Of a stretch of DNA of 64,000 nt, positions 21,801 to 31,720 are shown one piece after another. Origin of the DNA: an uncultured Phycisphaerales bacterium (GTDB lineage: Bacteria > Planctomycetota > Phycisphaerae > Sedimentisphaerales > Anaerobacaceae); contig CAVYYI010000003.1 of the NCBI GenBank assembly GCA_963772725.1, positions 480,001 to 544,000 of the forward strand, given 5' to 3'. Both the position numbers and the translations under genes were made by a program. The notes under the pieces were generated by a model. The model did not search any database. It worked only from the letters and a program-made list of their open reading frames with translations, and was not told the DNA's origin. How positions within the stretch are numbered: the first letter of the stretch is position 1; every line of letters begins with the position of its first letter.

Positions 21801-23596
21801 AGTTCAGCATTGGAGAAATTCACAGCCTGTTGCAAGCTGAAGACTTCAACGAACTTGAGTACATGGCTTCTAAAATACGAAATGAAAAACGACGTTTTTT
21901 AGACGGAAATTGGCAGTTGAATTCATTTTACTGGACACTTGGGATAGGATACGGCTCTTCTAAGCAAAAGTTAATTGAAGATATATTTAAAAAATGGATG
22001 TCGCAATATCCAGATTCCATTACCCCTCGCATTTGTATGGCATACGCATATTTTGATTTTGCATGGAATGCTCGCGGAGGAGGTTTTGCTTATACCGTTA
22101 GCGAAAAAGGCTGGCGAGAATGTAAAGAATTTCTCCAAAAAGCAAAGGATATTCTTAAAGATGCTGAAAAATTTCCGGTCAAAGACCCTGGTTTATACGT
22201 AATTCTGTTAGGTATTGAGAGAGGTTTAGGTACACTGCCGCAGGAAACGCAATCAATATTTGAAAAAGGGGTAGCTATTGAATCAAACTATTACCCGCTT
22301 TATGGTGAGCGTGCGACTTCATATATGATGCGGTGGTATGGCAAAGAAGGCGATTTGGAGCGTTTCGCGCAAGATGCTGTTAGTCGCACAAAGAATACAG
22401 AAGGACAAATACTTTATTTCTTGATTGCTGAACAGGAAATTCGTAAATCCACCAGTATTGAGGATTTTAAAGATATGGGCTTCAATTATGAGCAATTGAA
22501 GCAGGGGCAGCAGGAATTGGTAAAGCGTTTTCCGGAAGCGAGAAATATTAAGTTCTTAAATCAAGTATGTTTCACAGCATGTGCAGCAGAAAATAAAGAG
22601 GACGCCAAAGATTATTTCATTGATATTGGCGACCAATGGGACAAGAACATTTGGAAAGATTTCGAAACATTTTCAAAATATAAATCGTGGGCAAAAAGCA
22701 AAAACGATAAAACAGGCTCCGAGGAAAAATCATCGATTAATCCTGAACCTAATACTATCGAAATTAAGGAAATCAATGATTCAAATAACAAATCTGACTC
22801 ACAGGCGGTGATGATTTTTGAAAAAATGCTGGCTAAATATAAGGAAATAAAAACATTCTCAGCCGTAGGGGAAGTGAATTCCGTGATGGATATGTCTGAT
22901 GTAAATATTCCTGATAACACATCAGACAAGCGATTTCAGGAGGCGATGAAAAATTTTAAATCGACCTACTCGTTCACTATAAAGCTCGGCAGGCCGAATC
23001 TGTATCTTGTCAAATGGGAGCAAAAGTTAGTTTCCGCCTTTAGTATCAGTAGTGAGGGAGCGGTATGGAATGCCGGAGATGGCGATTATTTACTGCTGTT
23101 AGGACAGAAAAGTAAACCACAAAATGCCGAAATGGCGTTGGCCTCCGCAACTGGGGTATCCGGCGGGGCCGCCGCTACCATACCGTCATTATTTTTTAAT
23201 ATGCCTTGGGGAAATATAAAGAGTATGCAAGGATTATCACAAACCGGTGAAGAAAAAATAGATGGCGACGATTGCTACATTATTTCAGGAAAACTTGCTA
23301 ATATGAAACACAAGCTTTGGATATCTAAGCAGACTTTTCTTATACGGCAAAAACAGCATATTTTTAACGGAGAAGAAATTAAACCACCATCGCTTTCAGA
23401 TGAAGATATTAAGACGAGTCTGAAAGCTATGGGCAAAGACACGAACCCTGAAGAGATTGCAAAAATGCGGGAAACAATGCAATCTGCTAATCGTATGGCA
23501 TCAAAAATTAAAGCGGGTAGTACCACCGAAATATATCTGGACATCAAAATAGATGAGGCAATTCCTAAAGAAAAATTTGCGCCGGATGTAAATTAA
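18878..23596 (+). CDS. BlaR1-like M56 metallopeptidase signal transducer with large multidomain sensor
   Basis: N-terminal TMs, HELAH zinc motif, FYNPFVW and REKAVDE. Then parallel beta-helix repeats (NxCxxNxxxGI), a DUF4034-like region (AWNARGGGFAYTV) and a C-terminal LolA/DUF2092-like region. Confidence 0.9.
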   Translation: MLDLINILNMTGDGFCRFALAMFIQSGILIALLYLIDLLIRKYVRAVFRYCIWMLVFIKLILPPTLCLPTGIGYWCSLDISPSNNQIPVNAPMLVTPANTNPIAALPSSNLPKIQPPAITENITSLPQIQPAELNTSPDPAIPNPPMTWQAVVFLIWLVGVLILSVLLLQKFLFVKSLLAQTALADGRLDETLQQCRRQLPTRQNVKLRLSQNMLSPAACGLFNPVILMSASLLENLSKEKLTAILIHELAHIKRGDLWINFIQTILQILYFYNPFVWFANSIVRTIREKAVDEMVLTKLGDQAKTYSSTLIDIAELAFSKPHFSLRLVGVVESKKALSDRIKHILTRPIPKSAKLGLVGLVMIILAGCVLLPMAKGKETKPEFVVKDTVKDSQISKLTAEELKNSTQYKPSENQDSKTNSISAAQTNVSAKDANKVPKEENKSSSSNYAAALHKNKIRAFTLSNDGLMALDWDCSSWFSTGTNAKFIGKRHIPDLGVEYDIYFPADCDPETNWFFYGSSMYGGSGLLAGLNLPDYNSFDIKFTLRKINDSNDYKLVKLPLYAGVFVSTANRKSDVKYIALKPNRPAVASLRTQMEKINSLGILIAPPRRPAGLDPNLGLKVTLLLQPVPKAKIIEPIKQTSEMPESSGNARELVAGRDYQKIQDAINAAQYGDNVRIKPGIYEESLKLKDGVNLIGEDTNTVIIQCDFREAPVLTIENCKSARISKMTLKHYSSIPLKDDFAGRWAVIRLASSNAFLEHLLVCDSSSEGIRIENNEKVVVNKCTVRNSRTLGILVCASGRTELDNNICENNKSNGIYFKGWSSGIVSGNLCRNNAKNGISIDDNAAVNLAANTCSENKWSGIWLGAKGPLNVRSNICNNNEKTGIEINGKIEAFVIGNNCNRNSNNGIYFLGGAGGSARENICNANKIHGISIDDLSTPNVKDNNCSDNRRCGVYISTSGKIQIGLNKIHNNGEFSIGEIHSLLQAEDFNELEYMASKIRNEKRRFLDGNWQLNSFYWTLGIGYGSSKQKLIEDIFKKWMSQYPDSITPRICMAYAYFDFAWNARGGGFAYTVSEKGWRECKEFLQKAKDILKDAEKFPVKDPGLYVILLGIERGLGTLPQETQSIFEKGVAIESNYYPLYGERATSYMMRWYGKEGDLERFAQDAVSRTKNTEGQILYFLIAEQEIRKSTSIEDFKDMGFNYEQLKQGQQELVKRFPEARNIKFLNQVCFTACAAENKEDAKDYFIDIGDQWDKNIWKDFETFSKYKSWAKSKNDKTGSEEKSSINPEPNTIEIKEINDSNNKSDSQAVMIFEKMLAKYKEIKTFSAVGEVNSVMDMSDVNIPDNTSDKRFQEAMKNFKSTYSFTIKLGRPNLYLVKWEQKLVSAFSISSEGAVWNAGDGDYLLLLGQKSKPQNAEMALASATGVSGGAAATIPSLFFNMPWGNIKSMQGLSQTGEEKIDGDDCYIISGKLANMKHKLWISKQTFLIRQKQHIFNGEEIKPPSLSDEDIKTSLKAMGKDTNPEEIAKMRETMQSANRMASKIKAGSTTEIYLDIKIDEAIPKEKFAPDVN

Positions 23597-23687
23597 GCGG
23601 TCTGTTGATTTAACTGTATAAATAGCCTTAAATCAGCGTCCACAACGTCAGCTTCCACCAACTAACAACTCTCAAGGCTGGTTTGAG

Positions 23688-25151
23688 CTATTGTGTTATC
23701 GTGAATTGCGGCCGGAAAGACAGCGGCTGCGGCATTGCGCTTCCCTGGAAACGCTTTCTGGCCAAACCGATAAGATAGAAACTGCCGGTAATGCAAATCA
23801 AATCGTCTCTTCCCACGGCGTTGGCGGCGATCTGCAGGGCGGCCTCCAGATTATCCGCGGTCTGCGCCATACCGCCGCAAATCTCGGTATATCTGTCGGC
23901 CAGTTCTTCCGGCGGCACAGCTTTTAATGAATTGCTGCGGGTGAATATCACCTTATCTGCGCCGTATTGCAGAGTCTGGAGCATTCCTTCGACGTCCTTA
24001 TCGTTGTTGCAGACCAAAAATCACGACCATAGAATCATAAGGAATATTCTGGCCTATGGCGTGAATGACCGCCTTGACGCTCCTGCGTTATCGGTGCCGT
24101 CAATCATAATCCTCGGACTGCCGCAAATCATTTCCATTCGACCGGGCAGCCAGACCGTAGAGAGGCCGCGTTCGGTTTTTTGGTCGTCGATTTTATAGCC
24201 GAGCGATTTGAGTTTATCGAGCATCGCCAGCGCCAGGCTGCAGTTAACGGCCTGATGTTTGCCGTAAAGAGGCACCTTAATATGTTCGAATTTACTTGTC
24301 GGTGTTGACAGGCAGATTCGCGTATGCGGCCCGCACTCACGGGAAATCTCGAAACGATATGAAAAATCGATATCTTTACCCGTTACAGATAGCGGCGCCT
24401 TTGCCGCCTCGGCGGCTTCCTTAATTATCTGCTGGGCCTCGGGAGCCTGCTTAACGGTAACAACAGGAATGCCGGGCTTGATAATGCCCGCCTTTTCTTT
24501 GGCGATACTTATGATGGTATTACCGAGCTGGTTCTGATGGTCAATGCTCAGGCTGGTTATTCCAACAATCTTGGGCTTTATGACGTTTGTGCTGTCCAAT
24601 CGCCCGCCCAGTCCGGTTTCAATTACGGCGATAGCGACCTTTACATCCGCGAAATGCATAAAGGCCAACGCGGTCATAATCTCAAAAAAGGTCAGCGGGT
24701 CGGTTTTCGCTATCTTCTCGACAGGGGCGTGAATACGATTGAGCAAATCCAGCATTTCTTTTTCGCTTATCAGTTGTGAATTAACCGCGATACGCTCATG
24801 AAGATGCACAACATGCGGCGAAGTATATAAACCAACTTTGTAATCGTTCGCTTCGAGCATTTTAGCCAGCATCGTCGCGGTGGAACCTTTGCCTTTTGTT
24901 CCAGCGATGTGTACTGTCGCGAATTTTTTTTGCGGATTGCCGAGCAGCGACAACAGTTTCTCCATCCTGCTGAGGTTGAAGGTGGTTACATTATACCGAA
25001 CACGCTGTTCTTTTTCGTAATCGGTTCTATCGAACAGGTATTTAATTGCCTGCTCGTAATTCTTAAAGGCCTTCTTCGTCCGCACAGGGGCGATTTTCGA
25101 AATATTCTTGGTACTTCGTTTTTTCTTCTCTGTTTTCGTAGCTTTCACCAT
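23688..25151 (-). CDS. folC: Folylpolyglutamate/dihydrofolate synthase (frame changes near 24020-24090)
   Basis: HIAGTKGKGST, YTSPH and ETGLGGRLDSTN. C-terminal ITGSFYLIG lies in ORF 23688-24017. Confidence 0.93.
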
Positions 25152-25510
25152 ATAAATCTAATGTATCAAACTTAGACCTGTTAGTCAATGGATACGATGA
25201 ATAATTGTGAAAAAATGTACTTTTGCGTTACTAAAGGCGAAAAAACCATGATTAACTGTGTTAAAATGGGTAAAATAATGGATGCTGTTCATAAAAATAT
25301 CCATAGCACATCAGTAATAACAAAGATATGATTAGTTATACTTATGATTATCGACATATTTGCCACCGCTGACTTTAATAATTAAGCAACTTTTACTGGT
25401 TGTTTATTGTAATTTAAACAATTCATAGAGCTGATGATTTGATTTAAAGATAATAGTATTTTCGGAGTTTTACGGGTATAAGCAACTATTCACAGGAGTA
25501 GATTGGCTAT

Positions 25511-25540
25511 AAAAAAAGGTCTGTTTTCACAGACCCTTTT
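25511..25540 (-). terminator. Intrinsic terminator of the 6S-like RNA
   Basis: Stem GGTCTGT/ACAGACC with a 4-nt loop; T7 follows on the minus strand. A T4 run on the plus side suggests it may be bidirectional. Confidence 0.8.
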
Positions 25541-25543
25541 AAT

Positions 25544-25742
25544 TGCAAGGTTGACCTCCGCGTATGCCGTAAGAAAGCATTTGAAGAAAACCCATTATTT
25601 TCAAGTGGGCAACCGTTACTTGTGTCCGAAATTCCTATCAAGTAGGCATTTTCGATCCCTCAAGACCCGGCTTCCCCTACATGGGCTTATCGGTTTTTTC
25701 AAATCAAACTTTCTTTACAAACATCGCAGAAGTTAACCTGCA
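25544..25742 (-). ncRNA. ssrS: 6S RNA-like gene (~200 nt)
   Basis: 5' end GCAGGTTAACTTCTGCG pairs with 3' CGCGGAGGTCAACCTTGC. Internal TTTGAAAAAACC pairs with GGTTTTCTTCAAA. Rod shape, size, own promoter and terminator, no credible ORF. Confidence 0.75.
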
Positions 25743-25747
25743 CTTTA

Positions 25748-25776
25748 TTTATAACCAATTTTAAGGCAAAAGTCAA
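25748..25776 (-). promoter_or_regulatory. sigma70 promoter for the 6S-like RNA
   Basis: Minus strand TTGACT, 17 bp, TATAAA, about 6 nt upstream of the closing stem. Confidence 0.75.
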
Positions 25777-25947
25777 GAAAATACCGCCGATGCACGCAGC
25801 AAAACAACATATATATATTTGCAAAGATGTCTTGTCCTGTGATAAGTTGATGCAAAGCTATTTGATGACTTGTTGCGTTAAATAGTCTATCAGGTAAAGA
25901 CCCTCCACCGCAGGGGCTTTGGGAATACTTGTCGGGTTACGAATTTA

Positions 25948-26691
25948 CTACAGTTCCCGTATCCAGATATTGCGGTATCGAATAGGATTGCCGTGTTCCT
26001 GCAGCATAATCGGCAGTTTATCGGCGTGCGGTGCGTAGGGCGTCTCTTTTATGTGCGCAGTGGGTCCTTTAATAGCAAAATTATCCTGAACAAGCACGCC
26101 ATTTTGCAGCACGGTAATAGTCGCTGGTTTGGCAAGTTTGCCGTCTTTGAATATCGGGTGATGGAATATTATGTCGTAACTCTGCCATTGACCCGGCGGC
26201 AGACAGACATTGACCAGCGGCGGATTCTGACCATAAATCGAACCTGCCATTCCGTCGGCGTAGGTTCTGTTATTATAGCAATCCAGAACCTGCAGCTCGT
26301 ATAGCCCCATCAAAAAAACACCGCTGTTGCCGCGCCCCTGACTTGGGCCGACGACCTCTTTCGGCGTGGCCCACTCGATGTGGAGCTGACAATCGCCGAA
26401 CGCCTGTTTTGTACGGATGCCGCCGGCCTTTTTAACCGCCTCGGCGTAGCCATTTTCAATCTTCCATTTGGGCGATGAGCCGTCTTTATCGCTAACCCAT
26501 TTCGAGAGGTCTTTGCCGTCAAAAAGCACAATAGCATCGGAAGGTACAGGCAACGGATTAACAACTTTCGACACAGGGCGATTCATATCGTGTATCGCCC
26601 ACTTTTGTTCCTCGGCGGAATTGCTTACCGAACAGCCGCAAAATATCGCGAACATTATTGAAACCGGCAGTAGCATAGTTTTTCTTTTCAT
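25948..26691 (-). CDS. DUF1080 (3-keto-disaccharide hydrolase-like) lipoprotein
   Basis: Signal peptide; LFDGKDLSKW, LHIEW, GNSGVF, YELQVLD and LQEHGNPIRYRNIW. Confidence 0.9.
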   Translation of the reverse strand: MKRKTMLLPVSIMFAIFCGCSVSNSAEEQKWAIHDMNRPVSKVVNPLPVPSDAIVLFDGKDLSKWVSDKDGSSPKWKIENGYAEAVKKAGGIRTKQAFGDCQLHIEWATPKEVVGPSQGRGNSGVFLMGLYELQVLDCYNNRTYADGMAGSIYGQNPPLVNVCLPPGQWQSYDIIFHHPIFKDGKLAKPATITVLQNGVLVQDNFAIKGPTAHIKETPYAPHADKLPIMLQEHGNPIRYRNIWIREL

Positions 26692-26705
26692 TTTTCAGTC
26701 TTTTC

Positions 26706-27683
26706 CTATTTTTCAAAAATATTTTTATCAGCTTCTTTAGCCAATGCCGCCGCCCCGATTATACCCGTGTCCTCGCCGAGAGCGGCAAAGCGTATTTCCA
26801 CCGTCTCTTTTTTTAGCGTCCAGATTTGCTCATTGAAATATTCTTTTACTCGATTTAAAAACCCATCGCCAGCCGCAATCATTCCGCCGGCAAAAACTAT
26901 ACGTTCAGGGTCTGTTGTATGCAGCATATTTACACAGCAAATCGCAATTGCCTTGGCGGTCTCATCGGTTATCCGTTTTGCCAGTTTGTCACCAGCGAAA
27001 AGGTGTTCGTAAACATCTTTAGCGGTTATTTCGCCTTTTTCATCAAAAATTTTGCTAAGTGACGAAGCCTCGCCCGCTTTAACCGCCTCGGTCGCTCTTT
27101 TCGCGGTGTAGCTTGCCGACGCATAAGCTTCGAAGCAGCCTTTCTGTCCGCAGCCGCATTTTCTGCCGTCGGGATAAATTATCGTATGGCCGACTTCCGA
27201 GGCATTTCCTGTTGAGCCGCGAACAAGTTTTCTGTCGATAATGATACCGCAGCCGATTCCTGTGCCGAACGTAAAAAAGACCATATCGTTGACTTTTTTG
27301 CCCGCCCCGCAGACAAACTCTCCCCAACAGGCGGTCTTTGCGTCATTTTCCATAACAGCGGGCTTGCCCAGCGAGTCGCTGAGCATCCGCCTGAGAGGAA
27401 CGTCTTTGAATTTCGGCAGATTGGCGAGTTTGTGAAGTATGCCCGCCTTGTAATCCGCCGGTCCGGGCGTGCCGATTCCGATACCGGCAACATCATTCAG
27501 GCTCAGCTTAATATCTTTGAGCATTTTCGTGATTGTCTGACTTACCCGCTCAACGACACCCTTTTCGCCCATATCCGCTTCAGTCGCAACGGAGGTTTTG
27601 CAGATAAGTTTCAGCCCATCGTCAAAACATCCGATTTTGACATTCGTCCCGCCCAAATCTATTCCGACAAAAATTTTACTCAT
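26706..27683 (-). CDS. ROK family sugar kinase (glucokinase-like)
   Basis: GIDLGGT, MENDAK, GTGIG and EVGH...CGCGQKGCFE. Confidence 0.92.
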   Translation of the reverse strand: MSKIFVGIDLGGTNVKIGCFDDGLKLICKTSVATEADMGEKGVVERVSQTITKMLKDIKLSLNDVAGIGIGTPGPADYKAGILHKLANLPKFKDVPLRRMLSDSLGKPAVMENDAKTACWGEFVCGAGKKVNDMVFFTFGTGIGCGIIIDRKLVRGSTGNASEVGHTIIYPDGRKCGCGQKGCFEAYASASYTAKRATEAVKAGEASSLSKIFDEKGEITAKDVYEHLFAGDKLAKRITDETAKAIAICCVNMLHTTDPERIVFAGGMIAAGDGFLNRVKEYFNEQIWTLKKETVEIRFAALGEDTGIIGAAALAKEADKNIFEK

Positions 27684-27798
27684 TTTTCACCACTAAGACA
27701 CAAAGACACTTAGACACTTATTTTTTACAGAGTCCCGACAGATTCGTTAGCTATCTTACACCAAATCATTCAGCTTTCAAAGAGCGAATATTATTGCT

Positions 27799-28725
27799 TT
27801 ATTTTATAAGTTTAAATGTTCCTGACTTACCACTTGTTTTTTCTACAAAAAATATTTCTTCGCCTGATTCGGATATCCTCAATTCATTGTAAGGGAAAAA
27901 CTTCATGTCTACTGGGCCGAAATAATATAATTTTATAAGGTTAGGCTCATCTCTATGGATGTCGAATGTAAACTCGTAACTCTCATTTTTTTCCCAAGGT
28001 GCGTAGTTATTTGTCGCCCAAGTAAACACGGCTGTAGCTTTATCGGTAAATTTTATATTGTCGTCTGTTTCTTTGTTAATGTAATTTTTTCCATAAAGAA
28101 TTTTGTTTTTGACTGCCTTTACATTTACAAGAGTAACTTTTATGTTATTTGGGTCAAGCCTTTCCAAGTCTCCTTTATATTCAACATCAACACTTCTATC
28201 TGACCACAAGCCTAAATACCAATACCAGAAATGAGTGCCTGCTTTTGTTCCAGTGTAATAAGAACGCCACGTTGGATTTTCATTTTTTATTAGACTCTTC
28301 TCTTTTTTTGTTAATTTAACCTTTGAAATTGTCGCTTCACGTATTACTGAAAGCACATTGGGAGCTAAAGCTTTTTCTTGCGGACGAATTATGGTTATAA
28401 AGACTGAATCATTGTCTAATTCATCTAAAGTCGATATTCCTGGATGCTTGACATAAATCTGAGTTCCGTTCTCCAGTTCCCAATTATAGCAATATGTATA
28501 TAGCCAATCAACACGATACATTGACGCATTTGGTTTTTCCCCATTAACAAATGAACGTTCCGCTTCATTCAAGCGATTGCTAGCTAAAACAATTGACTTA
28601 ATCGAAGAAATCAGATTTGGGTCTTCAGGCGACAATCTATATTGTTCAGAACATCCAAAACAGAATAACAGAAAGCCTAATTGTAAAATTAAAAAAAGCA
28701 GGCTGAAATTCTGTTTATTTTTCAT
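27799..28725 (-). CDS. Hypothetical AT-rich lipoprotein
   Basis: Signal peptide ending CFGC. Visibly lower GC than galE and ROK neighbours. Confidence 0.65.
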   Translation of the reverse strand: MKNKQNFSLLFLILQLGFLLFCFGCSEQYRLSPEDPNLISSIKSIVLASNRLNEAERSFVNGEKPNASMYRVDWLYTYCYNWELENGTQIYVKHPGISTLDELDNDSVFITIIRPQEKALAPNVLSVIREATISKVKLTKKEKSLIKNENPTWRSYYTGTKAGTHFWYWYLGLWSDRSVDVEYKGDLERLDPNNIKVTLVNVKAVKNKILYGKNYINKETDDNIKFTDKATAVFTWATNNYAPWEKNESYEFTFDIHRDEPNLIKLYYFGPVDMKFFPYNELRISESGEEIFFVEKTSGKSGTFKLIK

Positions 28726-28727
28726 AA

Positions 28728-29711
28728 TTAATCCGGATAGCCGTTGGGATTTTTGTTGTGCCAATTCCAGGCTGTTTCGACGATTTTTTCGAGTTCGGCG
28801 AATTTTGTTTTCCAGCCGAGTTCTTTTATGGCTTTTGTCGCATCTGAAGTCAGAACAGGCGGGTCACCTGGACGACGCGGGGTCTCGATTACTTTGAAAG
28901 ATTTTCCTGAGACTTTTTTTACGGTTTCTATCACTTCGCGGACGGAATAGCCTTTGCCGTTGCCGAGATTGTAAACCAGTTCAGCCTTTTCACTTAGCTT
29001 ATTTAATGCCAGCAGATGCGCACTGCGCAAATCCTCGATATGGATATAATCGCGAATGCATGTTCCGTCCGGCGTAGGATAATCCGTGCCGTAAATTTTA
29101 ATATTTTCGCGTTTTCCCATCGCCGCCTGAATTATCAGGGGAATCAGGTGAGATTCTGGCCGATGGTCTTCACCGAGCGTGCCGTTATTGCCTGCGCCGC
29201 AGGCGTTGAAATACCGCAGCGCCGCGTAACACAGTTTTCCCGTGAGGCTTTGAAAATGGCACATCCGCTCAACCATCCACTTGCTGTCGCCATAAGGATT
29301 GATGGGGTCTTTCGGCAAAGTTTCGCTGATTGGCACTGTGTCGGGCATACCGTAAACAGCGGCAGTGCTGCTGAATACGAATCTGCCTACGTCGGCTGAT
29401 TCCATCGCCGAGAGAAGATTTTGCGTATTGGAAAAATTATTTTGATAATATTTCAGCGGCTGCTCAACCGATTCCCCCACCTCGATAAAAGCAGCAAAAT
29501 GCATTACCGCTTCAATTTTGTGATTTTTGAGAGTTTTAACGAGAAGTTCATAATCATTCAAGTCGCCGCTAACAAATTTAGCCCCCTTAATCGCAGCTTT
29601 GTGTCCCCTGCTCAGATTATCATAAACTACCGGCTCGTGGCCGCTGGCCGCCAGCTTCGCGACCATATTGCTGCCGATATATCCCGCTCCGCCACATACA
29701 AGCACTTTCAT
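28728..29711 (-). CDS. galE: UDP-glucose 4-epimerase
   Basis: GGAGYIGS, HFAA, FSSTAAVYG, YGDSK, LRYFN and DGTCIRDYIH. Confidence 0.96.
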   Translation of the reverse strand: MKVLVCGGAGYIGSNMVAKLAASGHEPVVYDNLSRGHKAAIKGAKFVSGDLNDYELLVKTLKNHKIEAVMHFAAFIEVGESVEQPLKYYQNNFSNTQNLLSAMESADVGRFVFSSTAAVYGMPDTVPISETLPKDPINPYGDSKWMVERMCHFQSLTGKLCYAALRYFNACGAGNNGTLGEDHRPESHLIPLIIQAAMGKRENIKIYGTDYPTPDGTCIRDYIHIEDLRSAHLLALNKLSEKAELVYNLGNGKGYSVREVIETVKKVSGKSFKVIETPRRPGDPPVLTSDATKAIKELGWKTKFAELEKIVETAWNWHNKNPNGYPD

Positions 29712-30286
29712 TGATTTTTCCCTTTCCGCTGTTGTGCAATTTGTTTTTCAATTCGCTGGAGAATTGCCGTCTCAAGTTCCTTATCGCGTCCGAGGTCATC
29801 CCATGATTTTTCGCCGCCATAAAGTTTTAAATTCTGCCTCGATGAGCCGCTTTTGGTGAAAAGCCCGGACATCGATATGCTGCCGGTTATTTCGCGTTCC
29901 GGCAGATTCAGCCTTTGAACATCAACATTGCAGTTCACGCACATATTACCCTGTTCGTTTCTGCTGAACAGGAGTTTTGCAATTCTCTGTATACTTTGCA
30001 GGTTCGCCTCTTCAAAATTCCTGGAGCCGACATTATCTTTTCGCCAGAACTCAAAAAATTGCGCCCCAGATAAAGGCTTTGTTATTATTACACCGCTGCT
30101 GACATCATATTTGTCCGTTTCAAAGTGTAGTCCGCTCAAAACGTCCTGCGAGACCTTCATCACAGTTGCATCATTAGCGTTGCCCACGCAAATCCGCTCA
30201 ATGGGCTTAAATTCCTTCTGCCTGACGCAGCCCGCAAACAACACCGCAGCCGCCAAAGCAATCGCGTATATTTTTATTGTTTTCAT
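29708..30286 (-). CDS. Hypothetical lipoprotein
   Basis: Lipobox FAGC; stop overlaps the galE start (ATGA). Confidence 0.72.
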   Translation of the reverse strand: MKTIKIYAIALAAAVLFAGCVRQKEFKPIERICVGNANDATVMKVSQDVLSGLHFETDKYDVSSGVIITKPLSGAQFFEFWRKDNVGSRNFEEANLQSIQRIAKLLFSRNEQGNMCVNCNVDVQRLNLPEREITGSISMSGLFTKSGSSRQNLKLYGGEKSWDDLGRDKELETAILQRIEKQIAQQRKGKNQ

Positions 30287-30414
30287 TTTCAAACCATCCA
30301 TTTTTATTATTGGCTTAAAATTCGGCCTGATTATATCTCCATCGCGGATTTAACTCAATAACCATTTACATTTTGGCGTGTCAAATTCGTACGTGGTTTT
30401 TCCCCATTATTATC

Positions 30415-31642
30415 CAGGGCAAACGCATCTAAATTTTATTGTTAATTCAGGTTAGTTCTTGGGATAGCCCGATAACTTTTGTATGGAAACTTATATTATT
30501 GCTATACAGGAGTTTAGAATGGACAAAACACTGCTGGATTATTTTTCAGACCTGCCTGATCCCCGGGTTGAGCGAACAAAATTGCACAAATTGGAAGATA
30601 TTTTGGCTATCACAATTTGTGCGGTCATCTGTGGAGCGGAAGGATGGAATGAAATTGAATTGTTTGGCCAATGCAAACAGCAGTGGCTGGAGAGTTTTTT
30701 GGAATTGCCCAACGGCATACCATCCCATGACACTTTTGCACGTGTGGTTTCTTCGATAAAGCCGGATGATTTTGAGCAGCGTTTTCAGAGATGGATACAG
30801 GCTCTTGCTAAAAACACGGGTGAAAAAATAATAGCGATTGACGGCAAAACTCTGCGAAGATCGTTTGATACAGCCAACCGCAAGGCGGCGATTCACATGG
30901 TTAGTGCATGGGCTTGCGAGAATAAAATGGTCTTTGGCCAGGTCGTTACGGACGGCAAGAGCAATGAAATCACCGCTATCCCAAAATTGCTTGAAATGCT
31001 GGTTTTAGATGGTTCTGTGGTAACTATAGATGCAATGGGTTGTCAGAAGAAGATAGCTGAAAAAATAATCGACGGCAACGGGGACTACGTTTTCAGTTTA
31101 AAAGGTAATCATGGCACATTGCACGAAGAGGTCAAATTGTTTATGGACGATGCTATTGCCAATAGGGGCAGTTGTGATTACAGTTGTGATACCGATGGCG
31201 GTCATGGCCGAGTAGAGACTCGGAAAATATGGTGCAGTGAGAATGTCCAATGGATGCAGGATCTTAAACAATGGCAGGGCTTGTCGAGCCTGATAGCGGT
31301 TGAATCGCAAAGAGTTCAGAGCGATAAAACCACCGTTGAAAGGCGTTACTTTATAAGCAGTCTTGCCGGAAAAGACGCCAGAGCGATGGGGCAAATAATT
31401 CGAGAACATTGGGGCGTTGAAAATAAACTGCACTGGAGTCTTGATGTGAGCTTTGGCGAGGACAACTGCCGTATTCGCAAAGACTTCGGAGCAGAAAATT
31501 TTTCTCGGTTGCGTCGGATAGCCCTGAATCTGCTAAAACAGGAAAAAACCTTGAAACGCGGGATTAAAGCCAAACAGCACAAAGCTGGATGGGATGAGCA
31601 ATATCTGCTGAAAGTACTACAAATTTAGATGCGTTTGCCCTG
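30415..31642 (+). mobile_element. ISAs1-family insertion sequence, 1228 bp
   Basis: Perfect 22-bp TIRs CAGGGCAAACGCATCTAAATTT. 10-bp TSD CATTATTATC at 30405-30414 and 31643-31652. Confidence 0.96.
30519..31628 (+). CDS. ISAs1 family DDE transposase
   Basis: DPR, GIPSHDTF, IAIDGKTLR, KSNEITAIP, TIDAMGCQK and HWGVENKLHWSLDV. Confidence 0.97.
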   Translation: MDKTLLDYFSDLPDPRVERTKLHKLEDILAITICAVICGAEGWNEIELFGQCKQQWLESFLELPNGIPSHDTFARVVSSIKPDDFEQRFQRWIQALAKNTGEKIIAIDGKTLRRSFDTANRKAAIHMVSAWACENKMVFGQVVTDGKSNEITAIPKLLEMLVLDGSVVTIDAMGCQKKIAEKIIDGNGDYVFSLKGNHGTLHEEVKLFMDDAIANRGSCDYSCDTDGGHGRVETRKIWCSENVQWMQDLKQWQGLSSLIAVESQRVQSDKTTVERRYFISSLAGKDARAMGQIIREHWGVENKLHWSLDVSFGEDNCRIRKDFGAENFSRLRRIALNLLKQEKTLKRGIKAKQHKAGWDEQYLLKVLQI

Positions 31643-31720
31643 CATTATTATCCAAATTGCTTGCAAACGAGGTGGCATAGGATTATTGTTTATATCGAGA
31701 TAATTATTAAGGGTAACACA

